This document shows positions 28,918-43,645 of a stretch of 64,000 bases of DNA, in pieces. The translations under genes and the position numbers were made by a program. The stretch comes from Paragordius varius. Its lineage: Eukaryota; Animalia; Nematomorpha. The stretch covers positions 6,820,001 to 6,884,000 of the forward strand of contig OZ176054.1 in the NCBI GenBank assembly GCA_964247055.1, in the 5' to 3' direction. Each line of letters begins with the position of its first letter. Position 1 is the stretch's first letter. The notes below the pieces were generated by a model. The model worked only from the letters and a program-made list of their open reading frames with translations, had not been told where the DNA came from and ran no database searches.

Positions 28918-29594
28918 TACACATATATATCTATATTATTGGTTCTTTAGTATTTTAATATGATTAAAATATGTATTTTGCTTAATGGCTTCACCAATTA
29001 CAAACAACCCAAAGCAACTAATACAATTTTTCTTAACTGTAGTATAGTTGTTAGTGCAGTTAATGGTTAGTTATTACGTAATATCATGCATGTGTATGTA
29101 AAAGTAAAATATATGCATGTATATGATAGATAGCTGTTAGATAAGCGAAAATATATAGATAAAAAATTAGAGAGAGATGGTTTTTATTCACAGTCAAATT
29201 TATACATCTATATATTTAACTATATAATGTTTAATAATGAAATGAATGGTATATCATATATATATTAGCGCGCAATGAGATAGAAAATAGCCTAACGCCC
29301 TTGACCCGAATTGGATATGTGTATGTTTGTGTGTGTGTATATAATATGCACATATGCAATATATATAGATATATATATGTTTCATATGTTAGTTAAGTTA
29401 GTATATGCATATATATATATATATATGTGTGTATGTGTGTTATTGTAATACAGGCATAATGTAATGTTACTTTTGTATAAATTTATTTATTTTATTAATA
29501 ATATTCTTTCATTCAGGCAGGCGCAAGCTTAATTTTTCTTGCACAGTTAACTAAATCCAATGCACATACTAATCTTCTCCTTTCATTTTGACAG

Positions 29595-29704
29595 GCATAG
29601 AAAGCATTTTTTTTTCTTGCTTTGTTAACTAACTGTATATTATGTAAGAGAATAATGAGGGGTTATAGCACTTACTGATTTTTGTAAAATTATGTTTTGA
29701 ACAG
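29595..29704 (+). other. Candidate non-coding (5'UTR) exon of the NR5A gene
   Basis: TACTAAT branch-like motif at 29567, pyrimidine tract, CAG acceptor at 29594 and CAG|GTAAAA donor. Contains only short uORFs. Inference only. Confidence 0.3.
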
Positions 29705-30167
29705 GTAAAAATCTTGGATATATAACTTAACCTTAAATTGTTATTTTAATTAAAATAATGCCTTTAAAAATTAAAAATTAGGCTCGATTATCCTTTCTAT
29801 AGCCTGTTAGGTGCATCGTTTGTAAACAAATGTCAAAACATTTGTGGCCAATTTTCAAACAGCTGAAAAATCTTGGAAATTAATTTTATTCTAAATATAT
29901 ATTTGCGATAGTTAAATATTTATTTAATAAATCAGCTGATTTTTAAAATCGGAGATTTGGAAGCTATCATTTTAGACCTTAATAATTTACAATAATAAAA
30001 AACAAAAGCCTTTTTATCCAATATATATATTAAAATTTTTATAAATTATATTTTGACAAAATAACTTTGTAATTATAGTTTTTTTTACAAGTTACAAAAA
30101 TAATCCCAACATGTATTCTTACAGAAAAAATATGGTGTCAAATAACGAACGCTTATTCAAACAATAC

Positions 30168-30170
<3 letters not shown>

Positions 30171-30201
<31 letters not shown>
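30171..30201. repeat. (AT)n microsatellite
   Basis: About 15 perfect AT units; one of about a dozen such tracts in the window. Confidence 0.95.
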
Positions 30202-30204
<3 letters not shown>

Positions 30205-31781
30205 TCGGAAACAAATAAGTTTTTGGGCCGGATGCAGAAATAGCTAAACGATCGCACATAAGACTCTAGTTACGCTTTATATCAAACTGCTAATTTAAAA
30301 ATATCAATTAATAATTATTTACCTGTAAAATATTGACAAAATATAGGATTTTTAACACATTGGCAATTCGCATACTTTTTCTATTTTTTTATTTATTTTA
30401 TATTTTAGGTCATATATTTTTTACGAATATGTTTGGTTTTATTTGATGCAATAAAGTGATTTGTGTCAATAAATTATTGCGCTCTATACAAATTCTTTCC
30501 TGTCGCAAATTAATTATGAATGTTAAAATGTAAACGCCCTTTTTTAATTGATTATGATACCTGCCTGTTTACTCAATCTATCTATCTATGTTTTTAAATC
30601 AATTATTAATTATGGTAATAGTTGCGAATCGCTATATTGGTAGCTGCATAGAAACTTTCACTTAACCATTAATTTACATCAAAATTAATTATAACAGAAG
30701 TTGATTAAAACGGTAAATTATGTTATTATGATATATCAATTAAACTAACAAATTCACAGAAGTTTTTATAAAAAGTAAGATATATGTGTTTTAGCGTTAA
30801 CCGAATTATGTTACAAACATACGATATTTTGTCATACTCTGGGTATTTAAAATTTAACAGATTTCTAATACTGTTTAAGTTTTAAAATTTATAGGTTTTT
30901 GCTCTATTATTAGGTAGATGACATTGTTTTGTAACAAACAATTTAAGTGCCAATGTTTTATGTTTGGCGATCGATTCAAATGTTTGGAAATTTCGAATAT
31001 ATTTTTGACACCTTTTGTCCCATTAATGTGTACATAGCTATTTTAAATTTTATAAAAAAACAAAAATAATATACAAATAAATATTTATTTTATATCTTTA
31101 CTCTATTTTTTGCTAAATATAGCCTTCTTTAGTCAATACAAACGAATGCCTCATGGAAATTCCCTACTACTTTTTCCATTAACACTTGCAACAAGGATTT
31201 ATATTAGAGCCCAAATTTAAAAATTGAACCCAGGAAACATTTCAATAATTGAAATAAGCCATTTTTGAGCTTAGCTTAGTTTATTTGCAAATCTACCACC
31301 AATAACTAATTTATATATTCACACATTAATAGCTAATAGCAATAATATAACTATTACCTTGATTTTAAAGTAATTGTAACATGGTATTTATGAAAGTGCA
31401 GAAAAAAGCAAGCACCACAAAAATAAGTAATATGAAAATTCAATCACCATTTATTTCTACACCTAGTCTAGATCTTTTCCCCCAACTTTTGAAAGTATTG
31501 GCTAACCCGTCTCTCAATACAATATGGTTGGTTATATTCAATCCAATGGCTTATGCAAAATTAATCTCAAAAATTTGGAGTAATTTAATTTAATATACAC
31601 ACATTTTTATGGCCAGTTAACAGCTTGTGTGTCGGCGCGCTTTTATACACCTACCTTTTTAAATGTGTATGGATCTCCTTTGCATAACTATCCCAACTCT
31701 CTCCTTGTTGTTAAATGGCTCAACATTTTTTGCACATCATATGTCATACCATATCTTAATGCACAATAACCGTTTAATATC

Positions 31782-34700
31782 ATGGCTAGTCGTTTAGATA
31801 TCCATTCCTTTTTAACTTCTGCCGCTATAGCTGTTCATACAAACAATACTAACATTAACCATAATGTAAATCACAAAAGTAATCCCAGTAGCAACAACAT
31901 TAATTATCCCAATTCTACCCCGCCGGGGGATACACCAGCACAAAGCAATAGTCAAGATTCTCCAATTTTGGGCCCCAGTTCTGGGGCAGATTTATTGTTG
32001 AGATCCATTAGTCCTTCATACAGTTTGGATGATACCACAGCCGCTGCGGCCTACACTAAATATCATCGGGAAAATAATAGTAGCAGTGATTGCTTACTCA
32101 ATGACGCTGGTGAGGATAATATAGTTGTTGATAGTAAGTCTGGACTTAGTTTTGATGTTCGCAATCACAACAAGGAACCTAATGGCAGTAATCATAACTA
32201 CATAATACATTCTATCACAGATTCCAGCAATCTCTTGGGTACATCAACTACAACAACATCATCATCGAATGATCGAACGCACAAATATTCGACCAACGGT
32301 ATTAGTGGTTCAATCATGACAAAGGATATTGATCTTGGCGATGAGATTAATATGCATCGTTTATTACACAATATTACACATTATAATGCTATTAGTACTT
32401 CTTCTACTTCACCCACAACTAATCTTGACGGTAGTACCCCACCCAAACACAATGGCATAAAGATGGACCCAGATAGTGAAGAATATAATTCTGTTGTTAA
32501 TTATCAACATCAAACTGAACACCTCCTCAATCTAAGCAGTAATGATAATAACATGAATGGTGGAAGTCATCATCATAATAATAGCAGCAGCTTTCTAAAT
32601 GGGTTAACCGGTTATAACTTGTCATTTAATAATCACCAGCATTTAAATCAAGCAGTTAGCAGTAACAACCACAACAATCCGCTGTATAATCACCATCAGC
32701 AGAGCCACCACCATACTTCAAATCTAAGGTTCTTGGAAAGTCCACCCACTAACCTGCTTCTCCTGGGTTGTTCAAGGTCATCGACGATGACCACCACATC
32801 TAACAATGCTAATTATTTGATGAGTATGGGAACGACCCCTCCTACCATTTCATCATCAACACTCGACGTACTTGCTGGCGAAGATGAGGCTTGTCCCGTA
32901 TGTGGTGACAAAGTGTCCGGATACCATTACGGTTTACTTACATGTGAAAGTTGCAAAGGCTTCTTTAAACGAACGGTACAAAACAAAAAGATTTACACGT
33001 GCATAGCTGAGAAATCTTGCGTTATAGATAAGGCTCAACGAAAACGGTGTCCATTTTGTCGTTTCCAAAAGTGTTTGGATGTTGGGATGAAACTTGAAGG
33101 TAACTTTAATATATTGCAATTTTGCTCTTTTTTTTCACTTATTATAACCTTTGATTTGTCTAAATTGAGTTTTATGGCCGTAGACACAATTAAGCAGAGA
33201 TTTTTTTGCTTACATTAAAATCCGAAAAATGCTTAGATAGGCTCATAATTGGTTAATTATCGTGATTGTTATTTATCTTTTTTAATTTGTAAACATAAAG
33301 TCAAAAAGTTGACTCTTATGTAATAATCAAGAAATTTGACGCCCTCAATAACGCTACTTATTTGATAAAACAAAAAGATGGAAAATGAAATGATTATGTG
33401 ACACTAAAAATGACAAAATTAAAATAGAATTTTAATATATTGTACAGTATATAACAGGTATTCTTAACCGAAAACTTTGCAAAAAAAAGTTGGTTTTACA
33501 TTTTTTCAATTTTTTTACATTCTAAAATACCTTTAGTCATTTTTAAATTCATGATATAAAATATTATGGATATAAATAGCTACAAACTAATCAAAAAGAG
33601 CAAAAACTAGTGTTACGTAAAATAACAATTAAACAGTGTATTTTGAAAAAGTATTTTCTATTTTTTGGAACCGCGGTTCTAATGAACACGAATCCGAAAC
33701 AGTTTTTTAGTTTGTTTATTTTCCCAAACGCTTAATGGTTGGTTTCAGTCACTCTATAAAATAACCGTAAATAGGAAAACAGTCAAATCACAATAATTAA
33801 TCTATGTTTCCACTTAAAGTTTAAATATTCTTTCATACTAACACCCAATTTCTGTAGTAACATGATTGGTAATAAAGCTATCACACGGTGTTTTTAGATA
33901 AAGATTAATCTAAAGACACTTTTTGTAAAAATCGAATGTTTAATGCAATTGTTAGTATATTTTTATAGATAAACTCGATTTATGAGCTTTTTTATATAAC
34001 CGGGCGAAATGGTAAAAATATGTTTAATCATCGGACAAATCAAATTGCGCACAAATTAACCATTAATACCAAATATAAGCTAAATATTATTATGAAAAAT
34101 CTCAATAATGCGTATATCAAAGTTTAAAAAGACGGGGATATTTTAGGGTGTTTCGGCATCAAAGTAAAAATTGATTTATTTATATTATGTGCCGTTGAGT
34201 TATTTTGCGGAATTAATTCAGGCATTAGTTTCTTTCAATTAAAAAATTCATTTTATTAAAATAAAATCTATTATTTTAATCGGTGGATACAGACTTAAAA
34301 GCCATTATGGCGCCGGAATCTCCTAATATGTATATTTAAAACACTTTTTCTTCAATTTATATAAATGAATAAAACACATGACATCGTTTATTATCAGTTT
34401 AGCTAGCTAGCATTTCAAGATTTATTACCTCTTTCTCTATTAAGTATATTCTCGCACCATATAATAAATATGACTATGTCCTTTTTTCTGCTATCTATTA
34501 ACCATGACAATGAAAATTATACAAAATCTAACTAAATTATATAACGATATTAATGGACAAAAAGGCCTAAGGCTAAGGTTTTTACAGTTTTTATAATACT
34601 GTCGTCTTTTGATGTGCAATTTTAGCATAAAAAATGCATAACAACATATAAAGTAATCTTTCCTTTGGTCCCTAATGCATTCTTTCTGTTCATCATGAAT

Positions 34701-37700
34701 AAGTAAATAATGGATATATTGTAGTATAGAATGTGTGTGACATAATTTTAACATTGATATCAGATGATCAGCTGGAACTAGGTCTAAAAGCGAACGTACG
34801 TATTTGTAAAATATTCAATACTACAAACACACATTGTGGTTACTATATTATTTATTGGTATAAAACTATAATCATATATATTGCATGAATTGTATGAGCC
34901 AAAAAATCAATAAACATTGTAACTAATAATTTTATTTATTAATTCTTATAACATTTAGCTGGTGGAGTCTGATAAAAAATTAAATTAATATTTTGGTTTT
35001 TTTAGCGTAGAAGGTGACGAATAGTTTTTCTGTTTTATTTTATATAGAATTAAATATTTAAAAGTATTATTATGAAAATATTTTTTTGTAATTTATTATA
35101 CAAATATATATATATATATATATATATAATTTTTCTTAACATAAATTTAATAGCCATATATAGTATTTTTTGAATGTCTGCCAAAAAATGTCTATTAAAA
35201 CCTAACTAGTATAAAACCTATAAATATTTATTTTCGTATTATAATCCAATTTGCATATAAACACAATAATTATATTCCTTCTGGTCCCATTAGTGTCTTC
35301 TTTTATAATATAAAAAAACTTTACACACCCATTTTTTTTGATAGATGAAGAAGATGCTGTAAAAATATTTTTTCTTGAATAATATTGTATTGGAAAAAAT
35401 TTAAGAATATATAATATAGGGTTGTAAAATGCTTATTAATCAAGAATTTAAAAAAATGATAAAAAGCACACAGGAATGTAAATTTGAATGGGCATAAAAT
35501 AGCGGTGAAAATATTTTGAGATTTATATTTTCGAACGACCATTTATATATTAAAATTAAACCATCATTTATTTAATTTTATACTATATCATTATTCAAAA
35601 ACAGCCTACTTGTATTTTCCTTTTTCTTGTTTTATATTAAATTAAAAAGCAGACGAAAAATGATATAATCTATAGTTTCTACTTTTTTCTTATTAATATT
35701 TATTTATTTTGGGTAATCAACCATATTTTTATATTTATTATACATTTTTTGTTTTTACTGTAAAATTAAAGCTGTCAGAGCTGACAGAATGCGTGGAGGC
35801 CGTAACAAATTTGGTCCAATGTATAAGCGTGACCGAGCTCGTAAGATGCAATCATCTCGCACTCGATTGGGATTGAATGGGAGTACCCTCAGTATTAATG
35901 GTACTAATAGTCACTATACGAATAATACGACAAACCATTCTATCCTGAAGAATAACAACAGCAGTAGTCTTTTCACAAGTGGACTTACTTTTACAGCAAC
36001 CGCTTCTTCAGAGTGTCTTTTATCGACAACGTTTAATTCTTCTGTTGTCACTCCACCTCCTCCTCCTATTATATCGCTCAATCATTCATTACGCAGTAAT
36101 AATATAACATCATCGACTACTAGTTTTGTACCATCTATTACGATGAATAATTACAATAATAGTATTATTGGGGGCAATCGCAATTTCATGCATGATTTAT
36201 CTTTGTCGCACAACCATAATAATAATAATAATATCTTTTTATATCACCAAGCCCAACCTCAACAACAACAACAAAATCAAAATGCTCCTTATCCTGAACG
36301 TCAAACTTTAATCACAAGTCTCAATTACAATAAAGCTACCACAACGAAACACCAAATCAACAATGTTGATGTTGATCATATGAATGATGATACGGAGGAA
36401 GATGCGTTTTGTGGCTCCCGCCATTTTTTGGGTCGAATGTCTGAAAATGATACACTTCCTTCCCTATGTTCAAATATAGCAGACCGGGAAAATAGTAGTC
36501 ATTCTTTAACTTCAAATTATCATCAATACTACGCTAATAGCAATGGAAATGGTATTATTCTTGACGAATTTAACACGTCCGATAATATGAAACATGTTGA
36601 TGAACGAAATCGTACCCAGGTTACTCGAAATAAATTTGGTTTGAATGGTGTTGTTGTCCCTGGATATAATAATTCTGCTTCTGACAACACCCTAATGAGT
36701 AAATCAACCCCTAACAAAACTAGTAATATTCCGCTCAATTTATCTCCCACCACTTTTTCTTCAAGCTAGGGTTAGGGGTTACTCGTTCAAAAATGGTCGA
36801 TCTCACTTATAAATGCATTAATTTACAAACTTAACCAATTACAGTCATGTAGACTTTATATTGTTAAAGATTTACTTTTTTTCGTTAATTGGGTATTAAT
36901 ATTTGGTAAAGAATATAAAAACAAGAGCTATATGGTATTACCATATCATATTCTTTAAAAAAGTAAAAGAAGTGTGGGGGAAGGGCGTCGGAAATCTTTA
37001 GTAAAAAATGAAAATCTTAAAATATTGTTATAGGGGAATGGTAATATTTAATCTTTTAGCAAAATTTATATGTTGATTTTTTTTAAAAATTTATTTCGCA
37101 GTACACATATGAAAGAGGATTGACGTGAGAATTAACTAATTAATTTGATGAATATTTTGTATGTTAAAATTTGAGAATATTACAGCAATTTATGTTAACA
37201 TTAAAATATTGTTTTACGTATTTAGATGCGGAATTTTGTGGGTTTTTATTCTTAATAATTTAATAAATAGTAAAATGGGTATTTTAATATTATTTATGAT
37301 TCATAATTAAATTCAACAATTACTATTTTCAACATGATAAATACCTGTATTAATCAAAATTGGTATTATTATTTTAAATAGTTGTTATTAGTAATTAAAA
37401 TACAGGTTATATATTTGTGAAAATTTAATTAGATTATAGATTGGTTTTGTTTTTATGTTTTTCATGGTTAATTTTTATGTGTTTACATTTTAATCAGGTA
37501 AAAATTGCGGTTTTTAAATTTAGTCACATTTAATTTTTTTTGTTTTTTAGGATTTGCATTGCAAATTGTATTTAATTACTACATATTGGAAATTTTAAAA
37601 TACAGGTAAAAATGGCGGTTAATTTCAAATTTATTTATTTTTCATTGGTAATTGTAATTAATTACATATTGTGGACATTTTAATAACTACAGGTAAAAAT

Positions 37701-40700
37701 TGCAGTTTTTAATAAATTTAATAAAAATTTAGTTTTTGTTTTTTAGGATTTGCATTGTTATTTGTAATTAATTTATTTGGTCATTTTAATAAATACAGGT
37801 AAAAATTGCGGTTTATAGCAAATTTCAAATTTTTTTTTGTTTTATATCATTGTTAATTGTAATTAATTACAATTTTAATAAATACAGGTGGAAATGCCAG
37901 TTTTTAAAATTTAACATGTTTTGTGTCATTGTTATTTGTTTTTAATTAATAAATATTTTGGACATTTAAAAAACAGGTGAAATCCCGTTTTTAATAAATT
38001 AGTAAAATTTATTAATTACTATATATTTTTGATACATTGATATATACAGGTAAAAATTACAATCATTTGAATAAATTAGCAAGGTTGAACAAAATATTAA
38101 AAATTTATTAATTTTATTAAAAACCGCAATTTTCACCTGTTTTTTAATGTCGAAAATATTTGATAATTAATAACAAATAACAATGATACAAAAAAAATTA
38201 AATTTGAATTTTGTTATAAACCGCAATTTTTACCTGTATTTATTAAAATGACCAAATAAATTAATTACAAATAACAATGCAAATCCTAAAAAACAAAAAC
38301 TAACTGCAATTTTTACCTGTAGTTATTAAAATGTCCACAATATGTAATTAATTACAATTACCAATGAAAAATAAATAAATTTGAAATTAACCGCCATTTT
38401 ACCTGTATTTTAAAATTTCCAATATGTAGTAATTAAATACAATTTGCAATGCAAATCCTAAAAAACAAAAAAAAATTAAATGTGTCTAAATTTAAAAACC
38501 GCAATTTTTACCTGATTAAAATGTAAACACATAAAAATTAACCATGAAAAACATAAAAACAAAACCAATCTATAATCTAATTAAATTTTCACAAATATAT
38601 AACCTGTATTTTACTAATAACAACTATTTAAAATAATAATACCAATTTTGATTAATACAGGTATTTATCATGTTGAAAATAGTAATTGTTGAATTTAATT
38701 ATGAATCATAAATAATATTAAAATACCCATTTTACTATTTATTAAATTATTAAGAATAAAAACCCACAAAATTCTGCATCTAAATACGTAACAACAATAT
38801 TTTAATGTTAACATAAATTGCTGTAATATTCTCAAAATTAACATACAAAATATTCATCAAATTAATTAGTTAATTCTCACGTCAATCCTCTTTCATATGT
38901 GTACTGCGAAATAAATTTTTAAAAAAAATCAACATATAAATTTTGCTAAAAGATTAACAAAAATATTACCATTCCCCTATAACAATATTTTAAGATTTTC
39001 ATTTTTTACTAAAGATTTCCGACGCCCTTCCCCCACACTTCTTTTACTTTTTTAAAGAATATGATATGGTAATACCATATAGCTCTTGTTTTTATATTCT
39101 TTACCAAATATTAATACCCAATTAACGAAAAAAAGTAAATCTTTAACAATATAAAGTCTACATGACTGTAACTTATAAATTCAGCTCAGGAAGCTTATTT
39201 TTGAAAAGCGATCACAATTATGAATATTAATAACAGGTCACTTAAAATCGACAACTACTCGATTTAACATTTTAACCAAAAATGTGGGGAAATGCATTTT
39301 CTTTTTAAGTCATTGTGGAAAGCCTAATTGTTTGGAAATACTTATTTAGCAGAGTTTTTTAATTTGATTGTTGAAAAGTGATAGTTAATTTTTAAAATTA
39401 CATATATCAACACAGGTAATATAATTTGATAGTTTCAACAATGTATAAATGTTTGTTTATATAGATTTTTTGGATATAACAAAATGCATTTATCATTTTA
39501 CAGCAATTAATATTACCTATGCTGATTAATCAACTATCACTTTTCAACAATCAAATTAAAAAACTCTGCTAAATAAGTATTTCCAACACAATTAGGCTTT
39601 CAACTATGACTTAAAAACAAAATGAATTTTCCCACATTTTTGGTTAAAATGTTAAATCGAGTAGTTGTCGATTTTAAGTGACCTGTTATTAATATTCTTG
39701 TGATCGCTTTTCAAAAATAAGCTTCCATTTACTTTTTAAAAGTTGCAACATATAATTGAGCTGAATTTATAAGTTAATTGGTTAAGTTTATAAATTAATG
39801 AATTTATAATTGAGATCGACCATTTTTTGAACGAGTCACCCCTACCTTTTAATACCAAACTTAGATAAATGATACGTCCAAAAAACAGAGTGGACTTTTT
39901 TAACATAAAATTTTTTATAAATAACATTTTTTTACACTATAGCCAAATATATATGGTGTCAACTATTTTTTGAAATATTTTGTTATGTTGTTTATTCTTT
40001 AATTTTCGATTAATTTAACATTAATTTTGGCTATTTTTTATTTGATGCCTGATAGGTTCCTTTTCTTCACCACTTTCGACGAATGCACCCCACTCCTCAT
40101 TACTCCTTGCTAATCAAACTATGAACCACAACTCTAATGCTAATATAAATAATAATAACACAAGCAGTTCACTGTTTGATGGGCCCGGTGGTTTACCCAT
40201 GTTAGATGTTTCCGATATCTTTTTGAGTGGTTTAGGTGGTCTCCCTATGCTTGGCGACGATGATGAAGATATCGATCACAATGGTGTACATGATCTTGAT
40301 TGTGAACCCACGAATGATGTGAGATTGAAACCAGCTTCAGCCTCCTCTTTAACCTTTAAATGTTCATCATCTTCTTCAAATCCTTTATACTTTGTTGGTG
40401 GTAATAATGAATACAGCCCTTCAAATGAACATGTGAATGTCGTTGAACAAAAATTCCTTCAAAACAATAACCATAATAACAACAATGCTGCTTTTAATGG
40501 TAATAATTCTACTACTAGTCAATCACTTAGTTGTGACATTTTGGATATGAGTATGGAGAGGAGACCTCTTCTTGAAAGCAACTCAACTATGCACATTACT
40601 AATCATATGGGGAATGGAGTTTTGTTAAATGGAAACAACACCTATGAAAATGGCGCAAAAGTTAATGGGGGCCCTTCATCCAACAACAGTATTAATCATC

Positions 40701-41912
40701 ATCAACATCAGAGTAATTTGGGTTACGATCAATCTCAATTCATTAAACAGCTCGTGAGTGCAAACTCAATCGATGACCAATTGTGGAAGGATAATTTGTT
40801 TGGTTTCATACAGAGTCAAACGTACAATCAATGTGAAGTGGAAAACTTTTCCCTTATTTGTAAAGTGTTGGATCACAGTTTGTTTACCTTGGTTGATTGG
40901 GCACGCCATAGCTATTTTTTCAAGGACTTGGAGGTTAGTTGGATTTTATTTTTGTGATTAACACGAAGCTGTAAAAAGTAAAATGGGGACACATTTAATG
41001 TGTATAAAAGTATTTTTGTGCGAAAATAAAATCGCACAAGCATATTTTTCCCTATCTCAATTATTAAACATCAGTTTATTCCAATTCATGTGTGTAAATA
41101 TTGCTTAGATCAGGTTAAATAAAGTGAATTTTTGACGGAAGGGGGTAAAAAATGGGCTTAATTACATGAATAACGTCGAAAAGAGATTTGACTATTTGAT
41201 GACTTTTATTTTCTTTTTCAGGTTAATGATCAAATGAAACTCCTTCAACATTCTTGGAGTGAATTCCTTATACTGGATCACACATATCATCGCATTTACA
41301 ATGACCTGCCCGAAGAAATGATATTACCAAATGGACAAAAATTTAATTTGCTACATGTTTGTTTGCTTGGGAATTCTAGCATGGCACCTCACTTGCATCA
41401 ATTTATGGATAAATTGGTCAATTCCCTTTCCATGGACAAATATGAATACATTTCTCTCAAATTTTTCGTTCTACTTAATCCAAGTAAGCGTCGTCATTAT
41501 TTTGGGTTAAGGAAGCGGGGGTTTATTTAATAATATTTTTAGAAATGTGAGTATATAGGTTAATGTTTAAACACAAAATTGTTTAATTTAGACCATAGAT
41601 TTGTAGATTATTTTTGTGTTTTTATTCGCTTGGCGGAAGGGATTTTGTTTAATTGTTTTTAAACTACTATTTTTATGGTTATATTTAAAGTGGATTTTTT
41701 TATTTAAATTACCTATTTATAACGCAATTAACTAAAATATTTTTGTAGAATAGAATGAGCCATTTGCTTCAAGTTTATTTAAACAAAGTTTAATTACATC
41801 TGATTTTTTATTATAACAGAAAAAAAACGTGGCTCGCTCGCTATTATTTTTATATTTTTTGATTAGCCTTGAATTGGTATAAAACTAACTACTAACTAAC
41901 TACTCAATCTAG

Positions 41913-41945
<33 letters not shown>

Positions 41946-42767
41946 TGCTATATAAAAAAACTACTACAGCTTAAAAATATAATTATATATTATATATTTC
42001 TCAAAAAAACTGTATAATGAATGAGTGTATTAATAGCAGTTAAAACTATATAGCGCGACGTTAATATACATTACTCATAAATTGATTTGATTTATCGTTT
42101 ATACTTTATTGCGTAAAAAAGGCTAAAATCTTTGTACACTTTATACAATTTTTTAAATAAATCATGATTTTTACCAATTTTACTAGATTATATTATATTT
42201 TTATTATATAAATATTGGTGTTTGCAAACGATTTTTCTTGAAACTTAAAATTAAAAATTTTATTCGATTCAAATATTTTATGATAGAATTAGAAACAAAA
42301 ATTTATGGTAAAATACATTGTAGTCATAAAATTGATAAAACATAAATATTGGACGAATGATTTTCATCCACATTTTCTATTTAATAACTGGCCCTTGTTT
42401 TAACTTTATATGCAATCTTTTATTATAATAAACTAAATCCTTGAATAAAATATTTAAACCTTTAAACAATAGTAGTCTCCCCTTAAAAATTTCTTTATTA
42501 TAATTTTTAGCTGTGAGAGGTCTTCAAAATCGCAAGTTGGTGGAAGAGGCCCAAGATAAAATTCATTCATCACTTATGGTGTATTCGTCTCTTAATTACC
42601 CAGTCATTAAGGATAAATTTAGTCGAATCATGATATGTTTGAGTGAAGAACTACGTCTCATAAGCCTAAAGGGCGAAGAATTTTTACATTACAAACAAAG
42701 CAATGGTTGTTTACCGCCACATACACTCTTGGTTGAAATGTTGAATGCTAAGAAACGCCGTTTGTGA
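31782..42767 (+). CDS. ftz-f1: Nuclear receptor NR5A / FTZ-F1 (about 1221 aa)
   Basis: Predicted exons 31782-33099, 35772-36722 (alternative donor 36698), 40056-40933, 41222-41483, 42511-42767. C4 zinc fingers [35 protein letters not shown]1 box [32 protein letters not shown]...[14 protein letters not shown]-2 LLVEML. Confidence 0.95.
36770..39846. mobile_element. Outer palindromic (foldback) MITE of about 750 bp, split by a nested insertion
   Basis: 36770-36841 joined to 39171-39390 is the reverse complement of about 39528-39846. No TSD found. Confidence 0.75.
36842..39168. mobile_element. Giant foldback element (Tc1/mariner-like ends, TA TSD)
   Basis: TA|CAGTCATGTAGAC...GTCTACATGACTG|TA. 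Near-identical arms of about 1.1 kb; inner arm parts are ~90-105 bp subrepeats carrying CAGGTAAAAATTGCGG. Confidence 0.85.
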
Positions 42768-43027
42768 CTGCTAAACAAAATATACGGTAAAAAGAGAAAG
42801 GAGATGGATAATTTTAAATAGGGTATAAATATTATAATTTTTAGGGTGTTTTATATTAATAATTAAAATGCTGACTATTTATTTAAAAAAGTTATAATTT
42901 GTGGTAATAATTGCTCTATATCAGAAAATTGCTTTGCCCACATTTTGTAATAAAATTTTTTTTGTTTGAAGCCAAATGCCTGATTCAAAAAATAATATAA
43001 CTAATTTTAGATGGACTTCCGAATTCC

Positions 43028-43645
43028 CAAATTTTTGGAACCGTCTAAAATAAACATGTTATCTTAAAACCAACTCAAAAATGCCGATATCGCGCTATAA
43101 ATATTTTTAATGTGGTATTTGATAAAAAAAAGTTTTTTTTTTGAAAAAATGGATATTTTATTCAAAAAATAAATTATAGCATAACATGAAGTGAGTTTTA
43201 GTGTACGTTGCAGCACGGTGAAACCGGTATAACAACATTTTAAGATATCACAAAAACATTTTTTCTTCCTAGTTCGAGGGTGTTGAACATTTCCATTACA
43301 TCAGATATTTAATTAAACGTTTGCCTGCCTTAAGTTATATGTAATTTTGAACGAGAGATTGTTTTTATAAAATAGATTTTTATTTCAAAAATCTGATGTG
43401 ATCGAAATTTTCAGTATCATCATTTTACAGATAAAAATGTATTTATACCATATCCACCATGAATCAAAACACGATAAGATTCGCTAAAATTTTCCTATAA
43501 ATTAAATATTTAAATCTATTCAATTTTTCGGGAAAAAACTTCTTTTGGGTAAAAACGTAGTAAATAATTAAGTTTTTTTATCGCGCATTATCGGCATTTT
43601 TGCGTTTATTCATAAAAGTTTGCTTTCAGACGGGGCCAAAAATTT
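43028..43645. mobile_element. Degenerate inverted-repeat element 3' of NR5A
   Basis: CAAATTTTTGGAACCGTCTAAA...AAAATGCCGATATCGCGCTATAAA mirrored by TTTATCGCGCATTATCGGCATTTT...TTCAGACGGGGCCAAAAATTTG. Confidence 0.45.

Noticed and set aside
32934-33119. Antisense or alternate-frame ORFs over NR5A, TERT, RPB8 and DUF229 (e.g. 36529-36753, 58593-58817, 62578-62778, 8693-8950)
   Set aside because: Shadows of real coding exons.
36767-36780. Telomere-like TAGGGTTAGGGGTT at the foldback left end
   Set aside because: Only about 1.5 units, part of the TIR, and the opposite end (GGTAGGGGTGAC) does not keep the TTAGGG register.
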